From the NCBI GenBank assembly GCA_035250975.1, contig DATFEP010000061.1, positions 112,494 through 176,493 on the forward strand: a stretch of 64,000 nt of DNA, written 5' to 3'. The position numbers were made by a program, and so were the translations under genes. This DNA is from Nitrososphaeraceae archaeon. GTDB lineage: Archaea; Thermoproteota; Nitrososphaeria; Nitrososphaerales; Nitrososphaeraceae. Positions 10,787 through 21,532 of this stretch are shown here, piece after piece (within the stretch, counting starts at the first letter, position 1; each line of letters starts with the position of its first letter). The notes under the pieces were generated by a model. The model was not told where the DNA came from and ran no database searches. It saw nothing but the letters and a program-made list of their open reading frames with translations.

Positions 10787-11848
10787 TCAAATTACTTTTA
10801 CATCTTTGGCCAATTCATAAGCAGTTTTCCGATCTAATTTATTTTTGCTTAATATCGTATATCTTTCTGGTCTTAATGATTGGGCAATTACTAATGCTTG
10901 AACAACATCATTTTCACCTATATTTACTTGTGATGCCTTAGTAGGTGCTCCTAGACTCTCAAGAGCTTCAATTATTTTCTCATAATCTAAACCTTGCAAT
11001 TTAGCCATCATTATGGTGCCAAGACCAACCCTTTCGCCATGTAACCCGCAGAAATTGCCAGTAATATACTCTACAGCATGACTAAATAAGTGTTCAGATC
11101 CAGAACAGGGTCTACTACTACCTGCAATACATGCTGCAACTCCGGAACTAATTAAAGCTTCTATAATTGTCCTGACACCAATTTTCTTATTTTTTAACAA
11201 TTCTTTTGATCTATTCATTATAATTGATGCACTCATTTGTGCGAGATTGGCTGAATAAGTTCCAAAGTATTCGTCTTTTTCCTCCTTAGCCAATTCCCAA
11301 TCTTTTACGGCAGTTAATTTACCAATTAAATCTCCACATCCGCTAGATAATAATCTTATTGGTGCCTCTGAAATAAGCTTTGTATCTGCTAATATCCCTA
11401 TCGGAGTTGTCACTTTAATGGAGTGAGGTTTATGTGTCCCTCGCAACGATACAAATGGGCTTGCAATACCATCATGTGAAGCAGAAGTTGGAACACTAAT
11501 GAATGGTTTTTTCAAATAGAATGCTATCATTTTTCCTACATCGACAGATTTTCCTCCTCCAACTCCTAAAATAATATCAGGTTCAAGTTTCCTTATATCT
11601 GTCTCTGATTTAGCTACAATTTCTATAGAAGCTTCTTTTCTAATGTACCAATGACCATTTAGACCTTCCTTATGGAATGTTTCGTTAACGTGATCTTCAA
11701 TCCTTTTTTTTACGTTTTCTCCAGATATCAGTACAACGTTTACAATCTTGTTATTGATACTTTTTACAAAACTACCTAACGTAGAAATGACATTATCCCC
11801 GATTAAAATTTCTCTGGGTAATTCCATTAAATGAGAATTTATATCCAA
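10787..11848 (-). CDS. egsA: sn-glycerol-1-phosphate dehydrogenase
   Basis: GVGGGKSVDVGK, PTSASHDGIASP, SRPCSGSEHLFSHA, LHGERVG. Confidence 0.96.
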   Translation of the reverse strand: MDINSHLMELPREILIGDNVISTLGSFVKSINNKIVNVVLISGENVKKRIEDHVNETFHKEGLNGHWYIRKEASIEIVAKSETDIRKLEPDIILGVGGGKSVDVGKMIAFYLKKPFISVPTSASHDGIASPFVSLRGTHKPHSIKVTTPIGILADTKLISEAPIRLLSSGCGDLIGKLTAVKDWELAKEEKDEYFGTYSANLAQMSASIIMNRSKELLKNKKIGVRTIIEALISSGVAACIAGSSRPCSGSEHLFSHAVEYITGNFCGLHGERVGLGTIMMAKLQGLDYEKIIEALESLGAPTKASQVNIGENDVVQALVIAQSLRPERYTILSKNKLDRKTAYELAKDVKVI

Positions 11849-11927
11849 ATTAGTTTTCGATTATATTTCATTCAAATAAAATAAATTTATTTCTTAAATT
11901 AATTGTTGTTAATATTTCTGAATCATT

Positions 11928-12218
11928 TTATTTGTTTTGAATGGTTTCTGCTATAGCATAGCCCATTCCAACTCTTGTGATTTTTATTCTAACTTCGTCT
12001 CCTACCTTTGTGCCAGCTACAAAAATTACCATACCTTCTATCTTGGCAACACCTGAATCTCCTCTTTTACTCATATCTTCTATCTTAACATCATATTCTT
12101 CACCTACTTTTACTGGGATCCTAAAGGATCTAAATTTGCGAAAACCTCCATCCTTTTCCCCTTCTTCTCTAGTGGAATTCTTATTTTCTAAACTATTTTC
12201 TCTATCCACGTTTTCCAA
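11928..12218 (-). CDS. Single TRAM-domain RNA-binding protein
   Basis: PVKVGEEYDVKIEDMSKRGDSGVAKIEGMVIFV. Confidence 0.9.
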   Translation of the reverse strand: MENVDRENSLENKNSTREEGEKDGGFRKFRSFRIPVKVGEEYDVKIEDMSKRGDSGVAKIEGMVIFVAGTKVGDEVRIKITRVGMGYAIAETIQNK

Positions 12219-12367
12219 TCTTTATTCGTATCTGACTTATTATTCATTACTATTTCAACTTTTTTTTTATTAATAGTAAAGGATAAATATTTTCACTATT
12301 AATTTATTACAATTGATTTATATTCCATATAGATTTTTTTTAACTTTAAAAATTATAGGAAAATAAT

Positions 12368-14242
12368 ATGACGTTTACAAATTTCGGTAATGAAAATAGT
12401 AATCAAAATATAATGACCGTTATTTTGAAAAGCCTTCCAAAAGAATCAGGATTGACTAAAATCGAATACGAAGGACCGGCAATAGCCCTATACACTCGTA
12501 ATCCAAAATTTTTGATTGAAAATTCTCAACCTTTGGCAAATATGGTTAGTATCATCCGAAAAAGGATTGTGATTAGAACCGACGAATCCATAAGAAAATC
12601 GGAAAAAGAATCATCATTAATTATACAAAAATACTTTACTTCAAATAATGTAAAAAAGATTTTTTTTGACTATGCATTAGGTGAAATAACGATTTACACA
12701 AACGATCTTTCAGAACGTGCGTCAAAAGATGGTAAATTCAGTATTCTAGACCTAGTTGCTGAAACAGGGTGGAAGATCAAGATCAGAAAATCTCCAGAGA
12801 TCCCTCCTTCAATTCAATTCATAAATAAAGTATTGAACGATGCTTCTGATTATCGAATAAAATTTTATAAAAAAGTTGGGGAAAATCTTTTCCGATCAAA
12901 GCTAAGTAATATTCATGAAGCTAGTGTGTTAGCATTGGGAGGTTTTGGAGAAATAGGAAGATCCTGTTTTTTACTCGTTACTAGTGAAAGCAAAATTTTA
13001 TTGGATTGTGGAATTAATGTTCAAGAGAACAGATCAATACAACATTTCCCAAGATTAGATATTACTGGTTTTCGAATTGAAGAAATCGATGGGGTAGTAA
13101 TTAGTCATGCACATATAGACCATATCGGATTTCTACCTTTTCTTTTTAAATACGGATATCGTGGACCAGTCTATTGTACAGAACCGACATTGCCTTTAAT
13201 GGCTTTGCTCTTTCTAGATTACAGCAAAAATCATGGTATATACTCGAACGATGATATTAAAAATGTCATAATACATACTATTACATTGAATCTAGGTGAA
13301 GTGACTGATATAACACCGGATATTAAATTAACGTTATATAATTCTGGACACATTCTAGGTTCGGTATCTACTCACCTTCATATTGGAAATGGTGATCACA
13401 ATGTTGTATATACTGGTGATCTAAAATTCGGGAAAACTAATCTACTGGATAATGCATCTTGGAATTTTCCGAGAGTAGAAACATTGATAATTGAAGGTAC
13501 TTTTGGATCTAGGGATTCTCCACATAAACGTGATGAATATGGTCCATTTCTGATTGAAAGCATTAATCAGACTCTTAGGTCAAATGGAAAAGTTCTAATT
13601 CCAATTCCAATTATAGGCCTTTCTCAGGAACTTATATACATATTAAACCAATATCAAAATTCTGGTGCATTGGATCCAGTGCCTATATTTGTGGATAATT
13701 CCATTCTTGAATCTACCAATATTTATGAAATGTATCATGAGTATCTTTCAAAAGATCTAAAAGAAAAACTGTCAATATACAATACAAACATATTCAATCA
13801 GGACAATCTTATATCAATTCCATCAAGGTGGAAAATCGATAAACCCGCAATTATTTTAGCTCCGTCTTCATTGTTGGTAGGAGGAACTTCAGTCAGGATC
13901 TTGAAACAAATATGTAAAGATCCAAATAATAAAATCTTATTGCTGTCTTATCAAGCTCAAGGAACACCAGGAAATGAAATTCAATTAGGAACCAAAGAGA
14001 TATTCATTAATAGACAAAAAATCGATATTAGATGTAAAGTAGATTCCATCCATGGCTTTAGTAACCATAGTGACTACAATCAACTTCTCGCCTATGTTAG
14101 CCGTCTAAAGCCAAAACTTAAACGGGTAATTGTAAATCATGGAGAAAAACCTCGAGTCCAAAATTTAGCCGTTTCCATTAACAAGATTCTTAATATTCCT
14201 TGTCATTATCTTTTAGTACCTGAAGCAACAAAACTATTATGA
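12368..14242 (+). CDS. Beta-CASP ribonuclease, aCPSF1/FttA-like with N-terminal KH region
   Basis: IEYEGP KH start, LGGFGEIGRS, HAHIDH, GHILGS, YTGD, GFSNHSD, NHGE. Confidence 0.9.
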   Translation: MTFTNFGNENSNQNIMTVILKSLPKESGLTKIEYEGPAIALYTRNPKFLIENSQPLANMVSIIRKRIVIRTDESIRKSEKESSLIIQKYFTSNNVKKIFFDYALGEITIYTNDLSERASKDGKFSILDLVAETGWKIKIRKSPEIPPSIQFINKVLNDASDYRIKFYKKVGENLFRSKLSNIHEASVLALGGFGEIGRSCFLLVTSESKILLDCGINVQENRSIQHFPRLDITGFRIEEIDGVVISHAHIDHIGFLPFLFKYGYRGPVYCTEPTLPLMALLFLDYSKNHGIYSNDDIKNVIIHTITLNLGEVTDITPDIKLTLYNSGHILGSVSTHLHIGNGDHNVVYTGDLKFGKTNLLDNASWNFPRVETLIIEGTFGSRDSPHKRDEYGPFLIESINQTLRSNGKVLIPIPIIGLSQELIYILNQYQNSGALDPVPIFVDNSILESTNIYEMYHEYLSKDLKEKLSIYNTNIFNQDNLISIPSRWKIDKPAIILAPSSLLVGGTSVRILKQICKDPNNKILLLSYQAQGTPGNEIQLGTKEIFINRQKIDIRCKVDSIHGFSNHSDYNQLLAYVSRLKPKLKRVIVNHGEKPRVQNLAVSINKILNIPCHYLLVPEATKLL

Positions 14243-14323
14243 CTAGCAAGATATTCAATTTCATTTGCTTTTTCTTTAACGCCAAGCATTAGATTTAAAC
14301 ATGTTAGTCTTTCTTTAAATGAT

Positions 14324-15037
14324 ATGAATAAGGAAAATTCCATCAAGTCTTCACTAGACCTTATTTCTAAAAAATGGCATATTGATCGTAAAATCTATGA
14401 CATTCATCTCGGAAGACGAAAGGATGTAGTAGATACATTAATTCAAATCAATCAAGTTACCTTTCACGTTCCGAAGTTATCTGATGACAACCTTTATGTA
14501 ATATGGAAGTGTTTGTGGCCAGATTGTCATAATTGTTGTGAAAAACAAGGTCGATTGCCATTAACAAAAGATGATATTAATAACATTAGCAAAAATCTCG
14601 GATATCCTTCAAAACCCGATTTCATAAGAAATGAAACGAATATATCAACTTGGGAAGAAGAAGGTAACTTTGGTAATTTAATCACTATTACAACAATGAT
14701 CTCTTTAAAAAGAAAAAAAGATGAAAAGGTCGAAGATGATGGAAATCCTATTAGATGCAGATTCTTAGATAAGGAAGGATATTGTCAAATTCAATCAGAC
14801 AAACCTGGCGTTTGTTGGTTATATCCATTTGCTTCTTGGACAGAATCTTCTAATGGAAAACCCGTAGTCCATGCTACTTTTCAATTTACAGGAGATTGTC
14901 CTGGTTATTATCTCAGTGAAACAATAGATGACTTGATTCCAATATTAAATGAATATTCGATTAAAATCTATAAATACAATATGAGTGTTAATAGGACGAT
15001 AAGAGATGGTTTAGGTATCTCCAATATTATTTATTAA
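14324..15037 (+). CDS. YkgJ-family cysteine-cluster (Zn/Fe-S) protein
   Basis: CxxxxCxxCC, CRFL, C.I...KPGVCWLYPF, CPG. Confidence 0.85.
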   Translation: MNKENSIKSSLDLISKKWHIDRKIYDIHLGRRKDVVDTLIQINQVTFHVPKLSDDNLYVIWKCLWPDCHNCCEKQGRLPLTKDDINNISKNLGYPSKPDFIRNETNISTWEEEGNFGNLITITTMISLKRKKDEKVEDDGNPIRCRFLDKEGYCQIQSDKPGVCWLYPFASWTESSNGKPVVHATFQFTGDCPGYYLSETIDDLIPILNEYSIKIYKYNMSVNRTIRDGLGISNIIY

Positions 15038-15166
15038 TCTTTACTGAGGTTAAAAAATTTGATATTTTGATGGTATAAGTTAGACATTTTAATAAATAGC
15101 TTCTGTATATAAAGAAGATAGATTTAGATTTTTTTCCTTAAATGCCATTAGATAAACTAAATATTT

Positions 15167-15592
15167 ATGCAAATCCTACTAGGTATTATGAATTCCGGTA
15201 TTAACAATCCATCCAATCTTAAGACAGGAGCAGATTTATTGTTAAAAGGAGGCTCCCTATTGGATATTCCTTGTAGTAATTGCGGCGGGGTACAAATTCG
15301 CTACAAGACAAAAATAACATGCATTAATTGCGGCAAAGAGACACCAGAAATTAAAGATCACGTTGACACAAATTCTTTGAACCTACATTATAAAAAAAAC
15401 GAAGCTCATGAAAATCAATTAAATTCTAATATCGCTATCGCAGGATTTGACAAAATCATCATTCAAAAAATCTCAAATTTGTTCGATAGTCTAAAAGATG
15501 ATAACGATCTTTTAAATCAAAGTACCAAGCTAGAACTGATAATTAAATACATAGAAATACTAGAAAAAATCCCTAAAATTTTAAAAACTTGA
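15167..15592 (+). CDS. UPF0148/Sjogren autoantigen-like Zn-ribbon protein
   Basis: GADLLLKGGSLL..PCSNCGG...CINC. Confidence 0.8.
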   Translation: MQILLGIMNSGINNPSNLKTGADLLLKGGSLLDIPCSNCGGVQIRYKTKITCINCGKETPEIKDHVDTNSLNLHYKKNEAHENQLNSNIAIAGFDKIIIQKISNLFDSLKDDNDLLNQSTKLELIIKYIEILEKIPKILKT

Positions 15593-15638
15593 CAATCCCT
15601 TGCATTTGGATTGTGTCCTGATAATTATTACAAATGAA

Positions 15639-16703
15639 CTAAATTCGCATATTTTCAACGTATTGACTTTCTATTGGAAGAATTTTGACTTCTTTTTCAT
15701 TATCATCGGTAATTATTCTTACTATTGATAGATCATTCTTTGGTGCGTCAGAATATCTTAGTCCTATTCTTGCAGAAATCTCAATTTCATCCTCTGTTGT
15801 TTCCTTAGCTCTCAATAAACATGTTGGACCGACATAATCTTTTACTTTTAAAATTATATCCTTTTTTAATTTCATCGTATCTATCATATCATTCTCCTGC
15901 TTGTTTCTACCAACAATAAGTTTATTATTTTTGGACAATCTGAAATGTCTTCCTATTTTTAATAATTCAATGTCGTTGGTATCAGGAATATCGTTACTGT
16001 GTAAATAAAGATCTCTTACTCTTTTAGAGAATGCAGGATCCGTTAATAAACATCCACCAGCAGAATTTGGAGGATTGATGATTTCATATTTCTCTGCTAA
16101 TTTCAATTGAACCTTTCTAGACCTGCCTGTGATATTTCCTAAGAATTCTCTTTTGATCAACCCATCTTTTTCCACTTGTGTAACAGGTAATTTTTTAAAT
16201 GATAGTGGTCTTACTATCAATCCATTAGTACCTGTTTCCTTTTCGATAATTTTTAAAGCATTACTATTTTGACTCATTGGCCTTTGACCTAGAACATCAC
16301 CGGTAATGATAAAATCCGCTTCTATCTTTTTCATATGATCTTTAGCTGCCATATACATCATAATCCTGCAATCAATGCAAGGATTCATTCCTGAACCATA
16401 ACCATATTTGGGATTCTTTAACATCTTCAGATATTCTCGACCAAAATAAACAGTTTTCAGACTTACTCCCAATTCTTCAGCAACCTCTTGAACCCGATGG
16501 CCACAACCTTTTCCACAGTCAAAATCACAAAATGGTGTTTTGATAGCTATAGCCTCAACTTCTACCCCTTGCTCTTGTATCATTCTTATTGCTAAATTAC
16601 TATCCAACCCACCAGATAACAATGCTACCGCCCGCAACTTTGTTTTTTTGTCTTTAGATATTTTCTTTATAAATTCACTCGATTTACCATGGGCAGGCCT
16701 CAT
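15639..16703 (-). CDS. PP-loop tRNA sulfurtransferase (ThiI/MnmA-like, DUF814-type C-terminus)
   Basis: SGGLDS, NPCIDC, GDVLGQRPMSQ, AGGCLLTD, IGRHFRL, IVGRN. Confidence 0.85.
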   Translation of the reverse strand: MRPAHGKSSEFIKKISKDKKTKLRAVALLSGGLDSNLAIRMIQEQGVEVEAIAIKTPFCDFDCGKGCGHRVQEVAEELGVSLKTVYFGREYLKMLKNPKYGYGSGMNPCIDCRIMMYMAAKDHMKKIEADFIITGDVLGQRPMSQNSNALKIIEKETGTNGLIVRPLSFKKLPVTQVEKDGLIKREFLGNITGRSRKVQLKLAEKYEIINPPNSAGGCLLTDPAFSKRVRDLYLHSNDIPDTNDIELLKIGRHFRLSKNNKLIVGRNKQENDMIDTMKLKKDIILKVKDYVGPTCLLRAKETTEDEIEISARIGLRYSDAPKNDLSIVRIITDDNEKEVKILPIESQYVENMRI

Positions 16704-16785
16704 AACCTTTTAAATAATTAATCTATATTTATTGTTAAGTTAATAAATATAAAATATATTAATGACAAATATTAGTAAATGAATT

Positions 16786-16926
16786 ATGGTTCTAGAATCA
16801 ATACCCAATTTCGATTCCTACGTGTGGATCGCAGTAGGTTTATTCATCGCTGGTCTATTTTCGATAATGGTTTATGAAAAATCTAATTCACAATCAAAAC
16901 AGGAGAAATCAACAGATCATCAATAA
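16786..16926 (+). CDS. Small single-pass membrane protein (46 aa), not in ORF track
   Basis: MVLESIPNFDSYVWIAVGLFIAGLFSIMVYEKSNSQSKQEKSTDHQ*; one clean TM helix; follows an AT-rich promoter-like stretch; overlaps the lhr start. Confidence 0.5.
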   Translation: MVLESIPNFDSYVWIAVGLFIAGLFSIMVYEKSNSQSKQEKSTDHQ

Positions 16927-19684
16927 TAAGTTTAGTCCATCGAAGGCTGAATTTGAACATATTGAAAAAATCATAACCAGTCAATATTATGATTATGGGT
17001 TTAATTCGCTTACTCGTATACAAAACTTAGCTTTAAAGGTGATAGTCAGAGATTATAATTGCCTCTTAGTAGCACCAACTGGATCAGGAAAAACAGAAGC
17101 TGCGCTATTACCTGTAATTAAGTTGCTTTCTTTATTTAAAGGAGAAGCAGGGATCAAAGTAATTTATGTGACCCCCTTAAGATCTCTTAATAATGATGTT
17201 TTGCGTAGAATAATTCGATATGCTGACACAGAGAAATTAACTGTCGAAATAAGACACGGTGACACCCCAGCCAAAACGAAAAAGAAAATAACTCATAATC
17301 CTCCAGATATCTTGATAACTACGCCTGAATCGATTCCAATACTTTTAACTATCGAGAATCTGTTGAAAGCTTTTCAATCCTTAAAATGGGTTATTATTGA
17401 TGAGGTCCATGAATTGGTTTCCAATGAACGAGGTTCTCATTTGTCTCTGTCGCTTGAAAGATTGCAGCAACATTCCAGGAATATTATAACAAGAATAGGA
17501 TTATCAGCAACATTGGGAAATGTAAAAGAAACAGGTAAGTTTCTTGTCGGATCGAATCAAAAATGTGCAATTCTTCAAGATCGATCTGTGAGAGAATATG
17601 ATCTCAAGATAAAATTTGTGAACGGTTCCATTTATAATGTAGCCAAATTTATTGTAGAATATATAAAGACGAATAATATTTCAGGTTCCGTTCTTCTATT
17701 TACAAACACAAGAGACGAAGCTGAATATTTCGGGACCATTCTTAAGACTCAAAAGGAAGTTAATGTAGACGTACACCATGGTTCTTTATCAAAAGAAATT
17801 CGCGAAGATGCTGAATATAAATTAAGAACCGGTGCCGCGGGAATAGTCGTATGTACCTCTTCATTAGAATTAGGTTTGGATATTGGTTCAGTTGATCTGG
17901 TAATCCATTATGGTTCTCCCAGACAAGTTTCAAAATTAATGCAAAGAATTGGGAGAAGTCGTCATCAAAACCGACGTTCAGCTAAAGGATTGATTGTTAC
18001 TAATATTCCTGATGATGAAGTTGAGTGTATTGCATTAATTAGAAGAATGCGACATAGATCTGTTGAACAACAATCAATACATTTCAAGTCTCTTGATGTT
18101 CTGTCCCATCATTTGGTAGGATTGACGTTAGAAAGAAAGGATGACGTTAGTGTTGACAAAGTTTTTTCTATTGTGACAAGAGCATATCCTTTCCTTAATC
18201 TTTCAACACGTACCCTTGAATCCTGCCTGGATCTTCTTGATAGAAATAAAATTATAATGTATAATAGAGAAACCAATGCCTTTAGACGTAGAATCAAATC
18301 ATATAAATATTACTTTGAAAATATATCCATGATTCCTCATATTCTCAAGTTTCAAGTTATAGATATTATTAGTAAAAAAAGGATAGGAACATTGGATCAA
18401 AAATTCGTGGGTGATTATGGGGAGAAAGGAAATGTATTTGTACTCAAAGGTACCCAATGGAGGGTCATATCAATTAACGAATCAAAATTCGAGGTCAACG
18501 TTGAGCCATTATATGGCACTAAGATTAATGTTCCGCACTGGGTAGGTGAATTAATTCCAGTTGATTATTACACCGCTGAAGAAGTAGGAAAAGTCAGAAA
18601 CTTGATAGTGGGAAAAAAAATAGGTGCAGACAATTCAGTAATAGATAATTTTTTCAATACATTCAATCTTGTTCCAGACACCAAGAAAATCGTAGTAGAA
18701 AGTTCCGATACTCAAAATCAAATTGTAATTCATTCCACATTCGGTACAAAAGTAAATAATACCTTCTCATCCTTATTTTCTACAATTATTTCATCGAAAT
18801 TAGGATATGTAGTAGAAACTCGAAGTGATCCATATAGAATTCTTTTAACATCTTCTGCAAGAATTACTAAATTTCACATTCAATCTGTACTTGATGGTGA
18901 TTACGATATTGAATCAATCCTGATCGCGTCGCTAAATAATACTTATCTTTTAAATTGGAAAGTGTGGATGGTAGCGAAAAGACTTGGTATAATTAGCAAA
19001 GAGGCACTATATAATAAAAAAATTGCAAGGTTGATTTATGATAGATACGCGAAAACACCACTAAGTGAAGAGTCGATCAGAGAATTAGTTCATGAAAAAT
19101 ATGATATCCTACTAACAAGACAAGTATTAAACGCTTTTAAAAAACAAATTATCAATTTGCATTGGGTTAGAATATCGGATTTCTCAGAACTAGCTAAACC
19201 AATCCTTGATCATTCAACTAAATTTTCCTCAGCCCCCACATCTATTGAGACCGGTGTTATAGAGCTTATCAAAGAAAGACTTGACAAGACGAAACAAAAA
19301 CTTATATGTATACGATGCGGAAAATGGGAACGTACATTTACTGTCCATGAAACTCCTTCAAATATTTTATGCACTTATTGTAAATCTCGACTCATAACAC
19401 TTACTTCTTGGTATGATAACGACCTCAAAAAAATAATATTAAAAAAAATTGAAAGAAAGATGTTAAAGGAGGACGAATCTCATAAGTTTGAACGCGCATG
19501 GAAAATATCTTCTTTGATAAATAATTTTGGAAAAAAAGCTGTATTAGTACTTGCAGGACATGGAATCGGTGCTGATACAGCGGCGAGAATCCTGCGTGAT
19601 TATGTAGATGATGAAGAAATATTCAGACAAATATACAAGGCAGAACGACAATACGTAATGACAAGAGGATTTTGGGACAATTAG
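16874..19684 (+). CDS. lhr: Lhr-like DEAD/H helicase
   Basis: APTGSGKT, RHGDT, TTPES, DEVH, SAT, HHGSLS, QRIGRS; C-terminal CxxC..CxxC. Confidence 0.93.
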   Translation: MKNLIHNQNRRNQQIINNKFSPSKAEFEHIEKIITSQYYDYGFNSLTRIQNLALKVIVRDYNCLLVAPTGSGKTEAALLPVIKLLSLFKGEAGIKVIYVTPLRSLNNDVLRRIIRYADTEKLTVEIRHGDTPAKTKKKITHNPPDILITTPESIPILLTIENLLKAFQSLKWVIIDEVHELVSNERGSHLSLSLERLQQHSRNIITRIGLSATLGNVKETGKFLVGSNQKCAILQDRSVREYDLKIKFVNGSIYNVAKFIVEYIKTNNISGSVLLFTNTRDEAEYFGTILKTQKEVNVDVHHGSLSKEIREDAEYKLRTGAAGIVVCTSSLELGLDIGSVDLVIHYGSPRQVSKLMQRIGRSRHQNRRSAKGLIVTNIPDDEVECIALIRRMRHRSVEQQSIHFKSLDVLSHHLVGLTLERKDDVSVDKVFSIVTRAYPFLNLSTRTLESCLDLLDRNKIIMYNRETNAFRRRIKSYKYYFENISMIPHILKFQVIDIISKKRIGTLDQKFVGDYGEKGNVFVLKGTQWRVISINESKFEVNVEPLYGTKINVPHWVGELIPVDYYTAEEVGKVRNLIVGKKIGADNSVIDNFFNTFNLVPDTKKIVVESSDTQNQIVIHSTFGTKVNNTFSSLFSTIISSKLGYVVETRSDPYRILLTSSARITKFHIQSVLDGDYDIESILIASLNNTYLLNWKVWMVAKRLGIISKEALYNKKIARLIYDRYAKTPLSEESIRELVHEKYDILLTRQVLNAFKKQIINLHWVRISDFSELAKPILDHSTKFSSAPTSIETGVIELIKERLDKTKQKLICIRCGKWERTFTVHETPSNILCTYCKSRLITLTSWYDNDLKKIILKKIERKMLKEDESHKFERAWKISSLINNFGKKAVLVLAGHGIGADTAARILRDYVDDEEIFRQIYKAERQYVMTRGFWDN

Positions 19685-19690
19685 ATATTT

Positions 19691-21139
19691 TTAATTTATT
19701 TTTCTAATTTCAGAAAATCCTTTTAACGTTATTTCAATTTTATTCTCTCTTCCCATTCCTGCAACTGCTCCAATAACTTTAATTCTATTGCCCACAACCA
19801 GTTTTGAAACTAGGCGACTCTGCTCTCTCCATCCTGTTAATCTAATTTCTCCAGTATCGTCTCCTATAAGGGTATCACTTACTGTAACATTTTCTCCACT
19901 TTTTGTTGTTATTTCTGATGTATTGGGAGATTGTAAAACAATTGCTTCTATTATGTAAGGTTTATCAGAAATTTCTATATTCTTAATTTTTGATTCTAGC
20001 TCTAATTCATTAGGGAAAGACTCGTACTTGTCATCTATAATTCTAATAAATGAATCTTCATCGGTAAAATAAAAAATATTTCCAAATACCTTATTAGGTA
20101 TTCCTTCAATAATTGTATTAGCGATTATTTCTTCATTAATTATTTTACGATCTATCACTACAGATACAAAATTCCTATTTTTGTCTATAGCCAGGTAGTT
20201 TTCATTTAGGGTGTCTTCTCTGTTCGAATTTGAGATGATTTTCAAAATTACTACCTTTCCCTCTTCTACTTTCTCCTCTGAATCAATGATCTCTATTATG
20301 GTAGCTTCGTCTCCATGTATCTCTAATTCTTCTCCGCTATATTGAGGATTTCCTTGTTTGATTTTTACTCCTGTTAATTTTATTTTAGAACCACTTATAA
20401 AAATATCAGGAATTTTATCTTCGTTTATGTTCCAAATAACGCTTCGAAGAGATCTACTTTTATCTTCATTTGATAATATCACTTGTAATGATTTGCCAGG
20501 TTCATTCCTAAAGTTAGTGTATCTTGATATTCTTGGATTGGATGATATGTATCCAGTTACTACGATATTTTCTAGGGGTTCTCGTATTTCTTCAATATTT
20601 TTGGTTCGTTGGTCAATTGATGGGATATCTGTATCATCTTTAATTGTCTCTAATATGCCTCTTGTACCTAAATTTATGATGGGCTTGTTATCTAAGCCGG
20701 ACTTAACATAACCATGTGAAACTTTTATGATGTCACCAGGTTTTAGTTTCTCATTTTCAGGAAAATTAACATGATTATCCCATAGTCTCAATTTAATGGA
20801 TGAAAAGCTATCATAGATTGTTAATGTTCTAGTCTGTATTTCCTCATTTGTGTCTCTTCTTGTATATCTCTTAATTGGATATACGTTTATTATTCTTGCA
20901 ATAAGGTTAACATCGTTTGCTCCTATGTAAAGGTCCTTTATATAGGTTTGAACATCTTGTGCACTATCAAATGATATACCAAGATCCGATGCTACCAGAA
21001 ATAATGCACCTTGGTCCGTCAAGTAACCTGCACCGATTTTTCTTTTCTTCTCATCTATTAGATCTCTTATTTCTTCAGCAGTTATTTCTGGCAGCTGCTT
21101 GAGAATAATTTCGATCATTTTCTTAAATTCTAGTGACAA
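19691..21139 (-). CDS. rpa: Replication protein A / multi-OB-fold ssDNA-binding protein
   Basis: GAGYLTDQGALFLVA N-terminus; repeated OB folds (DSFSSIKLRLW, GDDTGEIRLTGW). Confidence 0.85.
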   Translation of the reverse strand: MSLEFKKMIEIILKQLPEITAEEIRDLIDEKKRKIGAGYLTDQGALFLVASDLGISFDSAQDVQTYIKDLYIGANDVNLIARIINVYPIKRYTRRDTNEEIQTRTLTIYDSFSSIKLRLWDNHVNFPENEKLKPGDIIKVSHGYVKSGLDNKPIINLGTRGILETIKDDTDIPSIDQRTKNIEEIREPLENIVVTGYISSNPRISRYTNFRNEPGKSLQVILSNEDKSRSLRSVIWNINEDKIPDIFISGSKIKLTGVKIKQGNPQYSGEELEIHGDEATIIEIIDSEEKVEEGKVVILKIISNSNREDTLNENYLAIDKNRNFVSVVIDRKIINEEIIANTIIEGIPNKVFGNIFYFTDEDSFIRIIDDKYESFPNELELESKIKNIEISDKPYIIEAIVLQSPNTSEITTKSGENVTVSDTLIGDDTGEIRLTGWREQSRLVSKLVVGNRIKVIGAVAGMGRENKIEITLKGFSEIRKIN

Positions 21140-21384
21140 AGTATATCTATCATTTTATACTATATCACTATCCTATATGTTTTAATCCATTGCAAATTGA
21201 TAACATTTATTTTTTAGATATTCTTGAATTAAATTATCGAATAAAAAACATTTTTTCCTTTTAAATCATTCTTAAATCCATTAAATATTAAAAACATTAA
21301 ATTTACTATTTCTGGATAACTATTAACAGTTCAACTGGATTATATCTTTGGTCAAAACTTTAAATAAATTAATACAATAATAAT

Positions 21385-21519
21385 ATGAAGACTCTCATCA
21401 TATTTATAATATCTCTGGTTTTCTTACCAAATGTTTTTGCACAAACTTCGACTGATCTAATGATCAAAGATATGCAAATTAATTATATTATCAACCTACC
21501 ATTTTTATTAAGAGAATAA
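21385..21519 (+). CDS. Short signal-peptide ORF (44 aa), possibly a truncated secreted-protein gene
   Basis: MKTLIIFIISLVFLPNVFA|QTSTD... has a classic Sec signal with a VFA|Q cleavage site. Confidence 0.4.
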   Translation: MKTLIIFIISLVFLPNVFAQTSTDLMIKDMQINYIINLPFLLRE

Positions 21520-21532
21520 ATATTCTATAGTT

